From an uncultured Chloroflexia bacterium (GTDB lineage Bacteria > Chloroflexota > Limnocylindria > Limnocylindrales > CSP1-4), in contig CAVTNH010000010.1 in the NCBI GenBank assembly GCA_963736025.1, forward strand, positions 2,322 to 66,321: 64,000 nucleotides of DNA, in the 5' to 3' direction. The position numbers and the translations under genes are program-made. Every line of letters starts with the position of its first letter. The first letter of the stretch is position 1. Shown piece after piece: positions 42,625 through 52,426 of this stretch. The notes under the pieces are model-generated. The model did not search any database. It was not told the DNA's origin and worked only from the letters and a program-made list of their open reading frames with translations.

Positions 42625-43700
42625 CGTCGTGGGCGCATCGATGGTCCATCCGCGACTCATGGAGCGCTACCGCCGGTACCTGCCCGATCGGCGATGCCAC
42701 GCCGGCGCTGACCCTCGGCGAGGGCGGCACGCCGCTCGTCCACGCCCGACGCCTCGGGGCGTCGATGGGCCTCTCGAACCTCCATCTCAAGGTCGAGGGC
42801 CAGAACCCGACCGGCTCGTTCAAGGACCGGGGGATGGTCGTGGCCGTCGCCAAGGCGGCCGAGGCCGGCGCCCGGGCGATCGTGTGCGCCTCGACCGGCA
42901 ACACCTCGGCCTCGGCCGCCGCGTACGGGGCGGCCGCTGGCATGGAGGTCATCGTCGTCCTGCCGAAGGGCCAGATCGCGATCGGCAAGCTGCTCCAGGC
43001 GCTGGCGGCCGGTGCCCGGGTCGTGGCCATCGACGGCAACTTCGACCAGGCGCTCGCGATCGTCCGGGCTCTCGCCGAGCAGGACGACCATCCCGTGACC
43101 CTGGTCAATTCGGTCAACCCGTTCCGCCTCGACGGCCAGAAGACCGGCGCATTCGAGATCTGCGACCAGCTCGGACGGGCCCCGGACGTGCTGGCCATCC
43201 CGGTCGGCAACGCCGGCAACATCAGCGCCTACTGGGCCGGCTTCCGCGAGTACGCGGCGGCCGGCATCACCGCGACCGTGCCCCGCATGTGGGGGTTCCA
43301 GGCGGCCGGCGCCGCGCCGATCGTCAACGGCCACCGCGTCGACCACCCTGAGACGGTCGCGACCGCGATCCGGATCGGCGACCCGGCGTCGTGGACGCTC
43401 GCCGTCGAGGCCCGGGACGCGTCGGGCGGGCGGATCTCGGCCGTGACCGACGACGAGATCCTCGCCGCATACCGCGACCTCGCCCGCCTCGAGGGGATCT
43501 TCTGCGAGCCTGCATCGGCCGCCGGGGTCGCCGGGATCCGGGGGGCCGCCGCGGCAGGCGACCTCGACCCGGATGCGCTCGTGGTGGCGGTCCTCACCGG
43601 CCACGGGCTCAAGGACCCGACCACCGCCGAGCGCGAAGTGGCGCCGATCATCGAGGCCGCCCCGACCGTCGGCGCGGTCGCCGTGGCGCTGGGCTGGTAG
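42617..43700 (+). pseudogene. thrC: threonine synthase, one +1 shift near 42684
   Basis: [10 protein letters not shown], then in the next frame [49 protein letters not shown] (PLP Lys). The rest is intact to 43700. Confidence 0.9.
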
Positions 43701-43704
43701 GGCG

Positions 43705-44668
43705 ATGGTCGCGCACTGGCTCGCCGAGCTCGACGGCCGCAAGATCACGGTCGAGGTGCCGGCGTCCTCGGCCAACCTCGGGGCCGGCTACGACTGCCTC
43801 GGCGTCGCGCTCGCGCTCACCAACAGGGTCGAGCTCGAGGTCCGCGGCTGGAGCCGTGGCGAGATCGAGCTGACCGTCGAGGGCGAGGGGAAGCGACGAG
43901 CTGTCCGAGGACCGCGAGAACCGCTTCGTCCGCGGCCTCGAGGCGGCGCTGGTGGCGGCGCGAGGCGAGCTGCCGGCCGGCGTCGGCTGGCGCATCGTCA
44001 TGCACAACAAGATCCCGCTCGACCGTGGCCTCGGTTCGTCGGCCGCGGCGACGGTCGCAGGCGTCGTGGCCGGCAATGCCCTGCTCGGCGAGCCGCTCTC
44101 GAGCGCGGAGCAGCTCCGGCTCGCCTGCGAGATCGAAGGTCACCCGGACAACGCGGCGGCGGCGCTCCTCGGCGGCTTCACGGTGAGCACCGTCACCCCC
44201 GACGGCGTGGAGGCCATCCGCTTCGATGCGCCGCGCGACCTGCGCGCGGTCCTCTTCATCCCGGACCTGCGCCTGGGGACCGAGGAGATGCGCCGGGCGT
44301 TGCCCGAACAGGTCCCGCTCGTGGACGCGGTCGCGAACCTCGGCGCCGTGGCGCTCGGCGTGGCGGGCATCGCGACCGGCCGCTACGACCTGCTGCGCTT
44401 CCTGACGGTCGACCGGATCCACGAGCAGTACAGGGCCGCCGCCTATCCCCAGTTCCCCTTGATGATCGAGGCGGCGCGCGAGGCGGGTGCGCTCGGCGCC
44501 TGCCTGTCCGGCGCGGGCTCCACGATCATCGCCTTCGTCGACTCGATGGCGGGCATCACCCGGGTCGAGGCGGCCTTCGGGGCTGCGGCGGCGAACGTCG
44601 ACCTGCCCGGGCTGGTGGCGGTCGTCGAGCCGCGCAACATCGGCGCGAAGGTCATCAGCCGGTCCTGA
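43705..44668 (+). pseudogene. thrB: homoserine kinase, one +1 shift near 43893
   Basis: VPASSANLGAGYDCLG, then after TVEGEG the frame changes to SDELSEDRENRFVRGLE...NKIPLDRGLGSSAAA (GHMP motif). Confidence 0.9.
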
Positions 44669-44679
44669 GCCGGCCGGGC

Positions 44680-45460
44680 TCAGCCGGTCGCAGGTCGTCG
44701 AGCCGACGAACGCGAGGACCCTCGACCACGCGTCCGCACTCGCGTCGGCGAACTCGGCGGCCTTGCGATCGAAGAAGCTGTGGGGCGCGCCCGGGTAGCT
44801 GATGACCTCGTGCATGACGTCGGCCGCGTCGAGCGCGTGCTCGAACGCCGCGACGTGCTCGGGCGGGATGCCCGCATCGGCGCCTCCGAAGATCGCGAGC
44901 ACGGGCGACTCCATCTGGCTCGCGACGTCGGTGGGCGCCGGGGCGTCGTTCCGCCACGGTCCGACCACCGTCCCGTACAGCCCGATGACGCCCGCCAGCC
45001 CGAGCCCGAGCGTCCCGGCCAGGTACGACATCCGGCCGCCCATGCAGAAGCCGATCGTGTAGATCGCGGACGGGGCTGCGCGATCGCCGTCGGGGGCCCG
45101 CAGGGCCGAGACACCCGCCCCGATGTCGGTCGCGATCCCGCCCCAGGTCGTGGCGCTGACGTGGGGCATGTACTCGAAGTCCTCGCCGCGTGCCGCGGTG
45201 CTGGCCGTGCGGCCGAACCAGTCGATCGCCACGGCCTCGATGCCGCGTTCCGCGAAGCGCAGGGCCAGCTCCTCGTAGAACGGATGGAGGCCGCGGACGT
45301 CGGGCAGGATCACGATGCCCGCCCCGGTCGGCTCGGCGGGCCGCGCCCGGAACGCCGCGAGTCGGTTGCCGTCCCCGGCTGTCAGGGTCACCCGTTCGGA
45401 GTCGAGGGCGCCGCCGGCGATCGGCGGGATGGGCGGTCGGCTGTCGAGATCGAAGCACAT
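44680..45460 (-). CDS. dienelactone hydrolase family protein; 3' end uncertain
   Basis: ILPDVRGLHPFYEELALRFAERG, nucleophile elbow GFCMGG, and a C-terminal PGAPHSFFD. The open frame runs on antisense through thrB to 43817. A neighbouring-frame TGA at 44680-44682 sits in a hairpin (44666-44682) shared with the thrB stop. Confidence 0.7.
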
Positions 45461-45673
45461 CGGTCGAGGTCCCTCCGGTGGGGTCTTGGTCCGTGCAGCA
45501 CGGTGCGGCGCCGCGCCAATCAGAAGTACCGCGTGCGGCTAGGGGTGTTTATGCACATTGTGGAGCGAACGGACCACTCCTAGCGTGCGGCGCACGGGTG
45601 CTTCGAGCCTCCTTCGCCTCTCGATCGACGCACCCTTCGCGAGAGGCCACAGACGACATCAGGGGGGTCGCAC

Positions 45674-47127
45674 GTGCAGGTCACCTCGCCCCGCAGGATG
45701 CGGACCGTTGCGCGCGGTCTGCCGGTCATCGTTCTCGTCATGCTCGCCACGCTCGCCGCGGCACCCGCCGCGGCCGCCCACCACGCCACGGTCAGGGCCT
45801 CGGCCACGTGTGTCGACGGCCACTACGTCATCGACTGGCGCGCCCTGTCGTGGGTCGCCACCGACGGCACGACCGAGACCGGTCGATCCGCCGCTCCCTG
45901 GCGCGGCCTGAACCAGAAGCCGGGGATCACCGTCAGCTATCGCCTCGGACGGTGGGGTCATCGCAACCGCGGTCCCGGGCGTCCACACGCTCACGGCCGC
46001 CGCGACGACGCCGGTCGTCGTCAACGGCAAGACCCACCAGTTCCCCTCGACGTCGGGCTCGTTCACCGTGCGCGGGAACGCCCGCGGCGAGCTCGTGCTG
46101 CGCCTGAAGGCCGGCCCGTGGGGCCCGAACCCCGCGAACGGCAGGTACGCCTATCACCGCTGGCACAACGGCGCGTACGCCGTCCTCAAGCTCAAGGGCG
46201 ACTGTGGGGGCTCGAACCCCCCGAACCCGCCCGCGCCGACCCCGACCCCGATCACGACCCCGCCTCCGCCTCCGGCGGTCCCGGGTGCATCGGCGAACGC
46301 GGCGTGCGTCGGCACGGCGGCGGTCATCCGCGTCGGCCTGGCCAACACCAACGCCTCGGGCGGCAACTCCTTCGCCTTCACGGTCAGCTCGCCGGCCACC
46401 GGCTCGAAGCCGAGCTTCAGCCAGGCGGTGACGGTCGCGGCCAACGGCTCGAGCTCGCTCGACGTCCCGGTCGACGAGAACGGCAGCCGCACGGTCACGG
46501 TCTCGGGCAGCGGGTTCTCGCAGTCCTTCACCAGGACGGGCGACTGCATCGACGAGGCGCAGCCCGACGCATCCGCCATGCAGGTCTGCACCGACGGCGC
46601 CGGCGCGATCCGCGTCTCGCTGACCAACGGCAACGACGCCGGCGGTCGAGTCGGTGACGTTCACCGTCGCCTCGCCGGCCACCGGCTCCAAGCCGGCGTT
46701 CTCGCTGGTCATCGCACTGATCGGCGGCGACGTCCGAAACGTCGACGTGCCGGTCGACGAAGACACGGCCCGGACGGTCACGGTGAGCGCTCCGGGCATG
46801 TCGACGGCCTCGTTCACGCGGACCATCGACTGCGATTCGCCGGCGCTGCCGAACTCATACGCGTTCAGCTTCTGCGACGGCACCGTCAGCACGATCGTCA
46901 TGGGCATGCAGAACCAGAACGAACCCGGTGGCGCGTCCGTCACGTTCACGGTCCACGTGAACGGGGCCGGCACGCAGCCGGTCTTCGACCAGACGGTCGT
47001 CGTCGCCGGCGGCGTCAGCCAGGAGCTGAGCGTCATCGCCGACGAGGGCACCACACGCGCCGGGTCCATCGCGGCCCCGGGCATGACCACCCGCCAGTTC
47101 AGCTTCGGAGCCGACTGCATCCCGTAG
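45674..47127 (+). pseudogene. secreted protein with an N-terminal domain, a Pro-rich linker and three ~82-aa Cys-bracketed repeats; two +1 shifts (~45940 and ~46645)
   Basis: The signal peptide ends AAAAA/HHATV. The pieces are in ORFs 45674.., 46068.. and 46654..47127. The repeats share xNxNxxGGxSxxFTVxSPATGSKPxFSQxV...VPVDExxxRTVTVSxxGxSxSFTRTxDC. Confidence 0.6.
46305..47118 (+). repeat. three tandem coding repeats (Cys to Cys: 46305-46547, 46587-46833, 46873-47118)
   Basis: Periodicity is about 282-286 nt. Each unit is bounded by Cys codons and the units align at the protein level. Confidence 0.6.
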
Positions 47128-47141
47128 CGGCCATTTCCCCT

Positions 47142-47178
47142 CCGCCCGGCCGGTCCCGACCACCGGCCGGGCGGTTTG
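47142..47178 (+). terminator. intrinsic terminator after the repeat-protein gene
   Basis: A 12-bp GC stem CCGCCCGGCCGG/CCGGCCGGGCGG with a 9-nt loop, followed by TTTG. Confidence 0.6.
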
Positions 47179-47217
47179 CTGTCCGGTCTCCCGTTTGGGA
47201 CCGCCGATCTCGGGCGG

Positions 47218-47223
47218 TAGAAT
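47218..47223 (+). promoter_or_regulatory. candidate -10 box TAGAAT (leaderless-type) for lysC
   Basis: TAGAAT lies 9 nt before ATG 47233, and no SD is present. Confidence 0.4.
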
Positions 47224-47232
47224 GCCCGCCGG

Positions 47233-48486
47233 ATGCCTGCCCCCCTCGTCGTCCAGAAATACGGCGGCTCATCGCTCGCCGACGCGGACCGGATCAAGCG
47301 TGTCGCCCGGCGGATCGCCCGCGAGCGCGCGGCCGGGAACGACCTCGTGGTCGCCGTGTCCGCCATGGGCGACACGACCGACGAGCTGCTCGGCCTCGCG
47401 GCGGCCATCACCGACGAGCCCGACCCGCGCGAGCTCGACGTCCTGCTCGCGACCGGCGAGCACCAGGCCGCGACCCTGCTGTCGATGGCCCTCCACGGAC
47501 TCGGACTCCCGGCCATCAGCCTGAGCGGGCCGCAGGCCGGCATCACCACCGACGGCCGCTACGGCCGGGCCCGGATCGCGGGCGTCGAGCCGCGCCGCAT
47601 CCGGGCCGAGGTCGAGGCGGGCAAGATCGTCATCGTGGCGGGCTTCCAGGGCCAGGGCACCGGCCAGGACGAGATCACGACGCTCGGCCGCGGCGGCACG
47701 GACACGACCGCGGTCGCCCTCGCCGTCGCCCTCAAGGCCGGCCGCTGCCAGATCTTCACCGACGTCCGCGGCATCTACACCGCGGACCCGCGCCTCGTGC
47801 CGGCCGCCCGGCAGCTGCCGGTCATCGGCTACGAGGAGATGCTCGAGCTCGCCCACCAGGGCGCCCAGGTCATGCAGGTCCGCGCCGTCGAGCTGGCCTG
47901 GGTCAACGACGTCATCATCGAGGTCCTCAGCTCGTTCGAGGACGCCCCCGGCACGCTCATCAGGGAGGACCCGCTCGTGGAGCAGCGCAACAAGGTCCGC
48001 GGCCTCGCCCACGACCGGAACGTCGCGAAGGTCACGATCGTGAACGTCCCCGATCGGCCGGGCGTGGCCAAGGCCATCTTCGAGCCGCTCGCCGAGGCGG
48101 GCGTGAACATCGACATGATCGTCCAGAACGTCGGGCACGGCGGCTCGACCGACATGTCGTTCACGGTCCCGCGGGTCGAGCTCGCCCGGTGCAAGAAGGT
48201 GCTCGAGCCGCTCGTCCGCGAGCTCGGCGCCCGCGAGCTCACGACGGACGCGTCGGTCGGCAAGGTCTCGATCGTCGGGGCCGGGCTGCACAACGCGCCC
48301 GGCTACGCCGCCAGGATGTTCGGGGTCCTCGCCGACGCCGGCGTCAACATCGAGATGATCTCGACGTCCGAGGTGCGCATCACCTGCATCGTCGCCGAGG
48401 ACGAGCTGGAGACGGCCCTTCGGGCGCTCCACGACGCCTTCGAGCTCGAGCGGCCCGAGACCGTCGACGTCGCCGCGGCCGGCTGA
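47233..48486 (+). CDS. lysC: aspartate kinase
   Basis: VVQKYGGSSL, LGRGGTDTTAVALA, and two C-terminal ACT domains. Intact, 417 aa. An internal GGGAGG plus in-frame GTG at 47977 is noted under findings. Confidence 0.95.
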   Translation: MPAPLVVQKYGGSSLADADRIKRVARRIARERAAGNDLVVAVSAMGDTTDELLGLAAAITDEPDPRELDVLLATGEHQAATLLSMALHGLGLPAISLSGPQAGITTDGRYGRARIAGVEPRRIRAEVEAGKIVIVAGFQGQGTGQDEITTLGRGGTDTTAVALAVALKAGRCQIFTDVRGIYTADPRLVPAARQLPVIGYEEMLELAHQGAQVMQVRAVELAWVNDVIIEVLSSFEDAPGTLIREDPLVEQRNKVRGLAHDRNVAKVTIVNVPDRPGVAKAIFEPLAEAGVNIDMIVQNVGHGGSTDMSFTVPRVELARCKKVLEPLVRELGARELTTDASVGKVSIVGAGLHNAPGYAARMFGVLADAGVNIEMISTSEVRITCIVAEDELETALRALHDAFELERPETVDVAAAG

Positions 48487-48506
48487 GCGGGCAGGCACTG
48501 GTCGCG

Positions 48507-49319
48507 ATGAACCGATTCCTGGCCCGGTCGCAGCGATTCCCGAGCGTCGGCTCGACGAACGACGTCGTGCGCGACTGGCTGGCCGACGGGACCCCGGAGG
48601 TCTGCCTGGCCATCGCCGACGAGCAGACGGCCGGTCGTGGCCGCGAGGGCCGCTCGTGGGTCGCGCCGGCCGGCGCCTCGCTCCTGCTGTCGCTCGGCTT
48701 CCGGCCGACGTGGCTGGCGCCCGAGCGCGTCTGGCAGCTGGCCGCGGTCGCCTCGCTTGCGATGGCCGACGCGGCAGAGACGGTCGCCGGCCTGGATGCG
48801 GGAAGCATCCGACTGAAGTGGCCGAACGACCTCGTCGTGGAGGCGGGCGGCACGACCGCGCGCAAGCTGGCCGGGGTGCTCGGCGAGACCAGCGGCCTCG
48901 GGACGCGCGATCCACGGGCGATCATCGGGCTGGGCATCAACGCTGACTGGCGGGCGGCCGACTTCCCGCCCGAGCTGGCCCCGACCATGACATCGCTGAG
49001 CGAGGCCTCGCGTGGACGCGCGGTCGACCGGATCGCCCTCGCGGCCGAGTTCGTGGCCGGTCTGCAGGGTCGCATCGGGTCGCTCCGGGGCGGCCGGTTC
49101 GATGCCGACGGCTGGACGGCACGGCAGCTGACGACCGGCCGGGTCATCCGCATCGAGCGACCCGACGGCACGGCCTGGACCGGGCGCGCGACCGGCGTCG
49201 ACGCAACGAGCGGCGCCCTGCTCGTCGAGGACCCGGACGCGCCGGCCGGCGATCGCCCGGTGCTGGTCGGCGAGGTCGCGCACGTCCGACTGGCCGCCGC
49301 CGCCACGAGCGCGGTGTAA
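48507..49319 (+). CDS. birA: biotin--[acetyl-CoA-carboxylase] ligase, group I (no N-terminal HTH)
   Basis: SVGSTND, the biotin-binding loop EQTAGRGREGRSW, and LKWPNDL. Confidence 0.85.
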   Translation: MNRFLARSQRFPSVGSTNDVVRDWLADGTPEVCLAIADEQTAGRGREGRSWVAPAGASLLLSLGFRPTWLAPERVWQLAAVASLAMADAAETVAGLDAGSIRLKWPNDLVVEAGGTTARKLAGVLGETSGLGTRDPRAIIGLGINADWRAADFPPELAPTMTSLSEASRGRAVDRIALAAEFVAGLQGRIGSLRGGRFDADGWTARQLTTGRVIRIERPDGTAWTGRATGVDATSGALLVEDPDAPAGDRPVLVGEVAHVRLAAAATSAV

Positions 49320-49323
49320 CGCC

Positions 49324-49953
49324 ATGGCCCGTCCGGCATTGAGGAGAGTAGGCCGACCGGAGGAGGTCGGGCGCCGGCACGTCGTCCATCTCGATCGGGA
49401 TCGCCCGCTCGTGGAGGCGGCGCAGGCCGACCCGACACGGTTCGAGGCCCTCTATCGGAAGTACGTGGCCCAGGTGTACAGCTACGCCGTCTATGAATTG
49501 CGCGACCGGCACGACGCCGAGGACGCAACCGAGCGCACGTTCCTTGCCGCCCTGACCCACCTCGGCCGGTTCGAGGAGAGGGCCAGGCCCGAGGATGGCG
49601 AGGGCGCGTCCACGTTCCGCGTGTGGCTCTTCCAGATCGCCCGCAACGTCGTGGCCGAACGCCGTCGCCAGGCGCGTCGCCGACCCGAGGCGCCGCTCGA
49701 GGCGGCCGAAGGCGTCGCCGACGCGCTCGACCTCGAGGCCGACGTGACCCGCCGCGACGAGACCCGGGCCGCCCTGGGCGCCATCGGCCGGCTGCGCGGC
49801 GACCGCCGCCAGGCCCTCGTCATGCGCTTCGTCGAGGAGATGTCCACCGCCGAGATCGCCGGGGTCCTCGGCCGGTCCGAGGGCGCCGTCCGGGTGCTCA
49901 TCCACCGGGCCCTGCGGAGCGTCGCGCGCGACCTCGACGAGGAGGCCCGGTGA
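49324..49953 (+). CDS. ECF-type RNA polymerase sigma-70 factor
   Basis: Region 2 (FEALYRKYVAQVYSYAVYELRDRHDAEDATERTF, WLFQIARN) and region 4 (RQALVMRFVEEMSTAEIAGVLGRSEGAVRVLIHRAL). Confidence 0.85.
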   Translation: MARPALRRVGRPEEVGRRHVVHLDRDRPLVEAAQADPTRFEALYRKYVAQVYSYAVYELRDRHDAEDATERTFLAALTHLGRFEERARPEDGEGASTFRVWLFQIARNVVAERRRQARRRPEAPLEAAEGVADALDLEADVTRRDETRAALGAIGRLRGDRRQALVMRFVEEMSTAEIAGVLGRSEGAVRVLIHRALRSVARDLDEEAR

Positions 49954-50462
49954 CCCTGCCGTCGAGCGGACGGGAGGGGAGCGAGATCGAGGCCCTCGTC
50001 ACCGACCGCTATCTCGACACGCTCCTCGCCGCGCCGGCCCCGATGGCCGTCGTGCCCCCCGAGCTCGAGCCCGATGACGGCCTGCGGGCCATCGCCGAGC
50101 GCCTCGCCCGGCTGCCGCGGATCCACCCGTCCTTCCGCTTCGAGGAGGCCCTCTCGGCCAGGCTGACCGCGGCCGCACTCGCCCGCCGGCTCCCGACGGC
50201 CGCGGGCGCGGAGGGCTCGGTCATCGCGCTCGGCCGCGACCCCGGCCCGGGATCGATGGATGCGCGCCTGTCGGCGTACATCGGGGGCCAGCCGATGGAC
50301 GACGACGCGGACCTCGTCCGGCCCCTGCTCATCGGCGGCGCGCTGACCTCCGCGGCCCTCTCGCTCGCCGGGGCGGCCTACGTCGCGTGGCGTCTGCGCC
50401 GGCCGGTCGGGACCCCGATGGTTCGCGCGGTCCGGGCGGTCGCCCGGACGAGGCTGACCTGA
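49950..50462 (+). CDS. putative anti-sigma / membrane protein (single C-terminal TM)
   Basis: The GTG overlaps the sigma stop (GTGA). The TM segment is LLIGGALTSAALSLAGAAYVAW. There is no recognisable ZAS motif, so the assignment rests on position only. Confidence 0.45.
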   Translation: MTLPSSGREGSEIEALVTDRYLDTLLAAPAPMAVVPPELEPDDGLRAIAERLARLPRIHPSFRFEEALSARLTAAALARRLPTAAGAEGSVIALGRDPGPGSMDARLSAYIGGQPMDDDADLVRPLLIGGALTSAALSLAGAAYVAWRLRRPVGTPMVRAVRAVARTRLT

Positions 50463-52423
50463 TGCCGCTCAAGCTGCCCTCGTTCCGCGCCCGGCGCGAC
50501 GCGTACCCGACGGACCTGTGGACCAAGTGTCCGTCGTGCGAGACGCAGATCTTCAACAAGCAGCTCGACAAGGCGCTGCGCGTCTGCCCGACGTGCGGCC
50601 ATCACTTCCGCCTGTCCGCGGCCTCGCGGCTGGACCTGCTCCTCGACCCCGACACGTGGCTCGAGCGCGACGCCGGCCTGCAGTCGGTCGACGCGCTCTC
50701 GTTCGTCGACCAGAAGGCCTACCCGGATCGCCTCGTGGCGGCCCAGGCCGCGACCGGGATGCGCGACGCGGCCCTGTGGGGGACCGGGTCGATGGGCGGT
50801 CACGCCATCGCGATCTGCGTCATGGACTTCGGGTTCATGGGCGGCTCGATGGGCGCGGTCGTCGGCGAGAAGGTGACCCGCGCCGCGGAGCACGCCCTCG
50901 CGAGCCGGGTCCCGCTCGTGGTCGTGAGCGCCTCGGGCGGCGCGCGGATGCAGGAGGGCACGCTCGCGCTGATGCAGCTGGCCAAGACGCTCGCGGCGAT
51001 CGAACGCCTGCGGGCCGCCGGCGTGCCGTTCATCTCGCTGCTCTCGGACCCCACGACGGGTGGCGTGTTCGCGTCCTTCGCCGCGGTCGGCGACGTCAAC
51101 ATCGCCGAGCCGAACGCGCTCATCGGGTTCGCCGGCGCGCGCGTCCAGGCCGGCACGATCGCCCAGGAGCTGCCGGTCGGCTTCCAGCGCGCCGAGTTCC
51201 TGTTCAGCCACGGCTTCATCGACCGCGTCGTGGCGCGACCGGCGCTCCGCGACGAGCTGATCGGCCTGCTCCGGCTGCTCCCCGCCGGAAACGGCGAGGC
51301 TGTCGTCGAACCCGCCGAGGAGGACGTGCCGGCCTTCCGCCCGCTGTCGTTCCTCTCGACGCTCGCGGACCGGGTCGGCGAGCTGGCCGGCAGCGACGGC
51401 AGCGCGAGCGCGGACGCGACGGCCACGAACGGGCCGTCGACCAACGGCGCCGGGGCGGGCCTTGCCGCCATCGCGGACGGGCCGTCCGACGGCGCCTGGA
51501 CGCGGGTCCAGCTGGCACGCAACCTGCGACGGCCGCGGACGCTCGAGTTCGTCGACGCGATGACCGACGAGTTCATCGAACTCCACGGCGACCGCCTGTT
51601 CGGCGACGACGAGGCGATGGTCGCGGGGCTCGCCCGGCTCGACGGCCGTCCGGTCGCGGTCATCGGGCAGCAGAAGGGCGCCGACACCGACGAGAACATC
51701 CGGCGCAACTTCGGGATGCCGCACCCCGAGGGCTACCGCAAGGCGATGCGGATCATGGAGCTCGCCGAGCGCTTCGGGCTGCCGGTCGTCACCTTCGTGG
51801 ACGTCCCGGGCGCCCACCCGGGGCCCGAATCCGAGGAACGCGGCATCGCCGAGGCGATCGCCCGTTCCGTGGCGCTCATGACCCGCCTCCGCACCCCGAT
51901 CGTGGCGGTCATCACCGGGGAGGGCGGCTCGGGCGGGGCGCTGGCCATCGCGGTCGGCGACGTCGTCATCGCCCTCGAGAACGCGGTCTACTCGGTCATC
52001 AGCCCCGAGGGCTGCGCCGCGATCCTGTGGCGGACCTCGGACGAGGCGCCCGCGGCGGCGGCGGCGATGCGCATGACGGCCGCGGAGCAGCACGAGCTCG
52101 GCGTCATCGACATCGTCGTCGCCGAACCGGCCGAGGGCGCGCACACCGACCCGGCCGAGACCGCGCGCCGGCTGCGGGCCATCATCGTCGACCGGCTGAC
52201 GGCCCTGTCGGCGATGACGATCGACGAGCTGGTCGAGGCCAGGTACCGACGCTACCGGGCTCTGGGGTCCTACACTGAGGCGGAGCTGCCGGAGATGCCG
52301 CCAGCATCGGGCCGCGGGCTCGGGGACCGCCTGCGCGACCTGTTGGATCCTGGCCGGCGAACCGTCGGCGGCGCCGTCGGCTCGTTCACGCGCGACGAGC
52401 CACCCGCGCGCGAGGAGGTCTAG
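50462..52423 (+). CDS. accDA: acetyl-CoA carboxylase carboxyltransferase, fused beta (AccD) and alpha (AccA) subunits
   Basis: AccD Zn ribbon CPSCETQIFNKQLDKALRVCPTCGHH, FGFMGGSMG, a Gly/Ala linker, then the AccA part (LEFVDAMTDEFIELHGDR, GMPHPEGYRKA, ITGEGGSGGALA). The ATG overlaps the upstream stop. Confidence 0.9.
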   Translation: MPLKLPSFRARRDAYPTDLWTKCPSCETQIFNKQLDKALRVCPTCGHHFRLSAASRLDLLLDPDTWLERDAGLQSVDALSFVDQKAYPDRLVAAQAATGMRDAALWGTGSMGGHAIAICVMDFGFMGGSMGAVVGEKVTRAAEHALASRVPLVVVSASGGARMQEGTLALMQLAKTLAAIERLRAAGVPFISLLSDPTTGGVFASFAAVGDVNIAEPNALIGFAGARVQAGTIAQELPVGFQRAEFLFSHGFIDRVVARPALRDELIGLLRLLPAGNGEAVVEPAEEDVPAFRPLSFLSTLADRVGELAGSDGSASADATATNGPSTNGAGAGLAAIADGPSDGAWTRVQLARNLRRPRTLEFVDAMTDEFIELHGDRLFGDDEAMVAGLARLDGRPVAVIGQQKGADTDENIRRNFGMPHPEGYRKAMRIMELAERFGLPVVTFVDVPGAHPGPESEERGIAEAIARSVALMTRLRTPIVAVITGEGGSGGALAIAVGDVVIALENAVYSVISPEGCAAILWRTSDEAPAAAAAMRMTAAEQHELGVIDIVVAEPAEGAHTDPAETARRLRAIIVDRLTALSAMTIDELVEARYRRYRALGSYTEAELPEMPPASGRGLGDRLRDLLDPGRRTVGGAVGSFTRDEPPAREEV

Positions 52424-52426
52424 CGA

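Noticed and set aside
43817-44679. 3' extension of the dienelactone hydrolase ORF through thrB
   Set aside because: The conserved hydrolase ends near ..AWSRVLAFVG. The remaining ~290 codons are antisense to thrB and low-complexity. A stop was probably lost through a local indel.
46068-49319. 1083-aa ORF on the plus strand that looks like a giant protein
   Set aside because: It is a composite. Only its first ~190 codons (part of the repeat protein) and its last ~270 codons (birA) are real coding sequence. The middle runs out of frame across the terminator, the promoter and the intact lysC gene.
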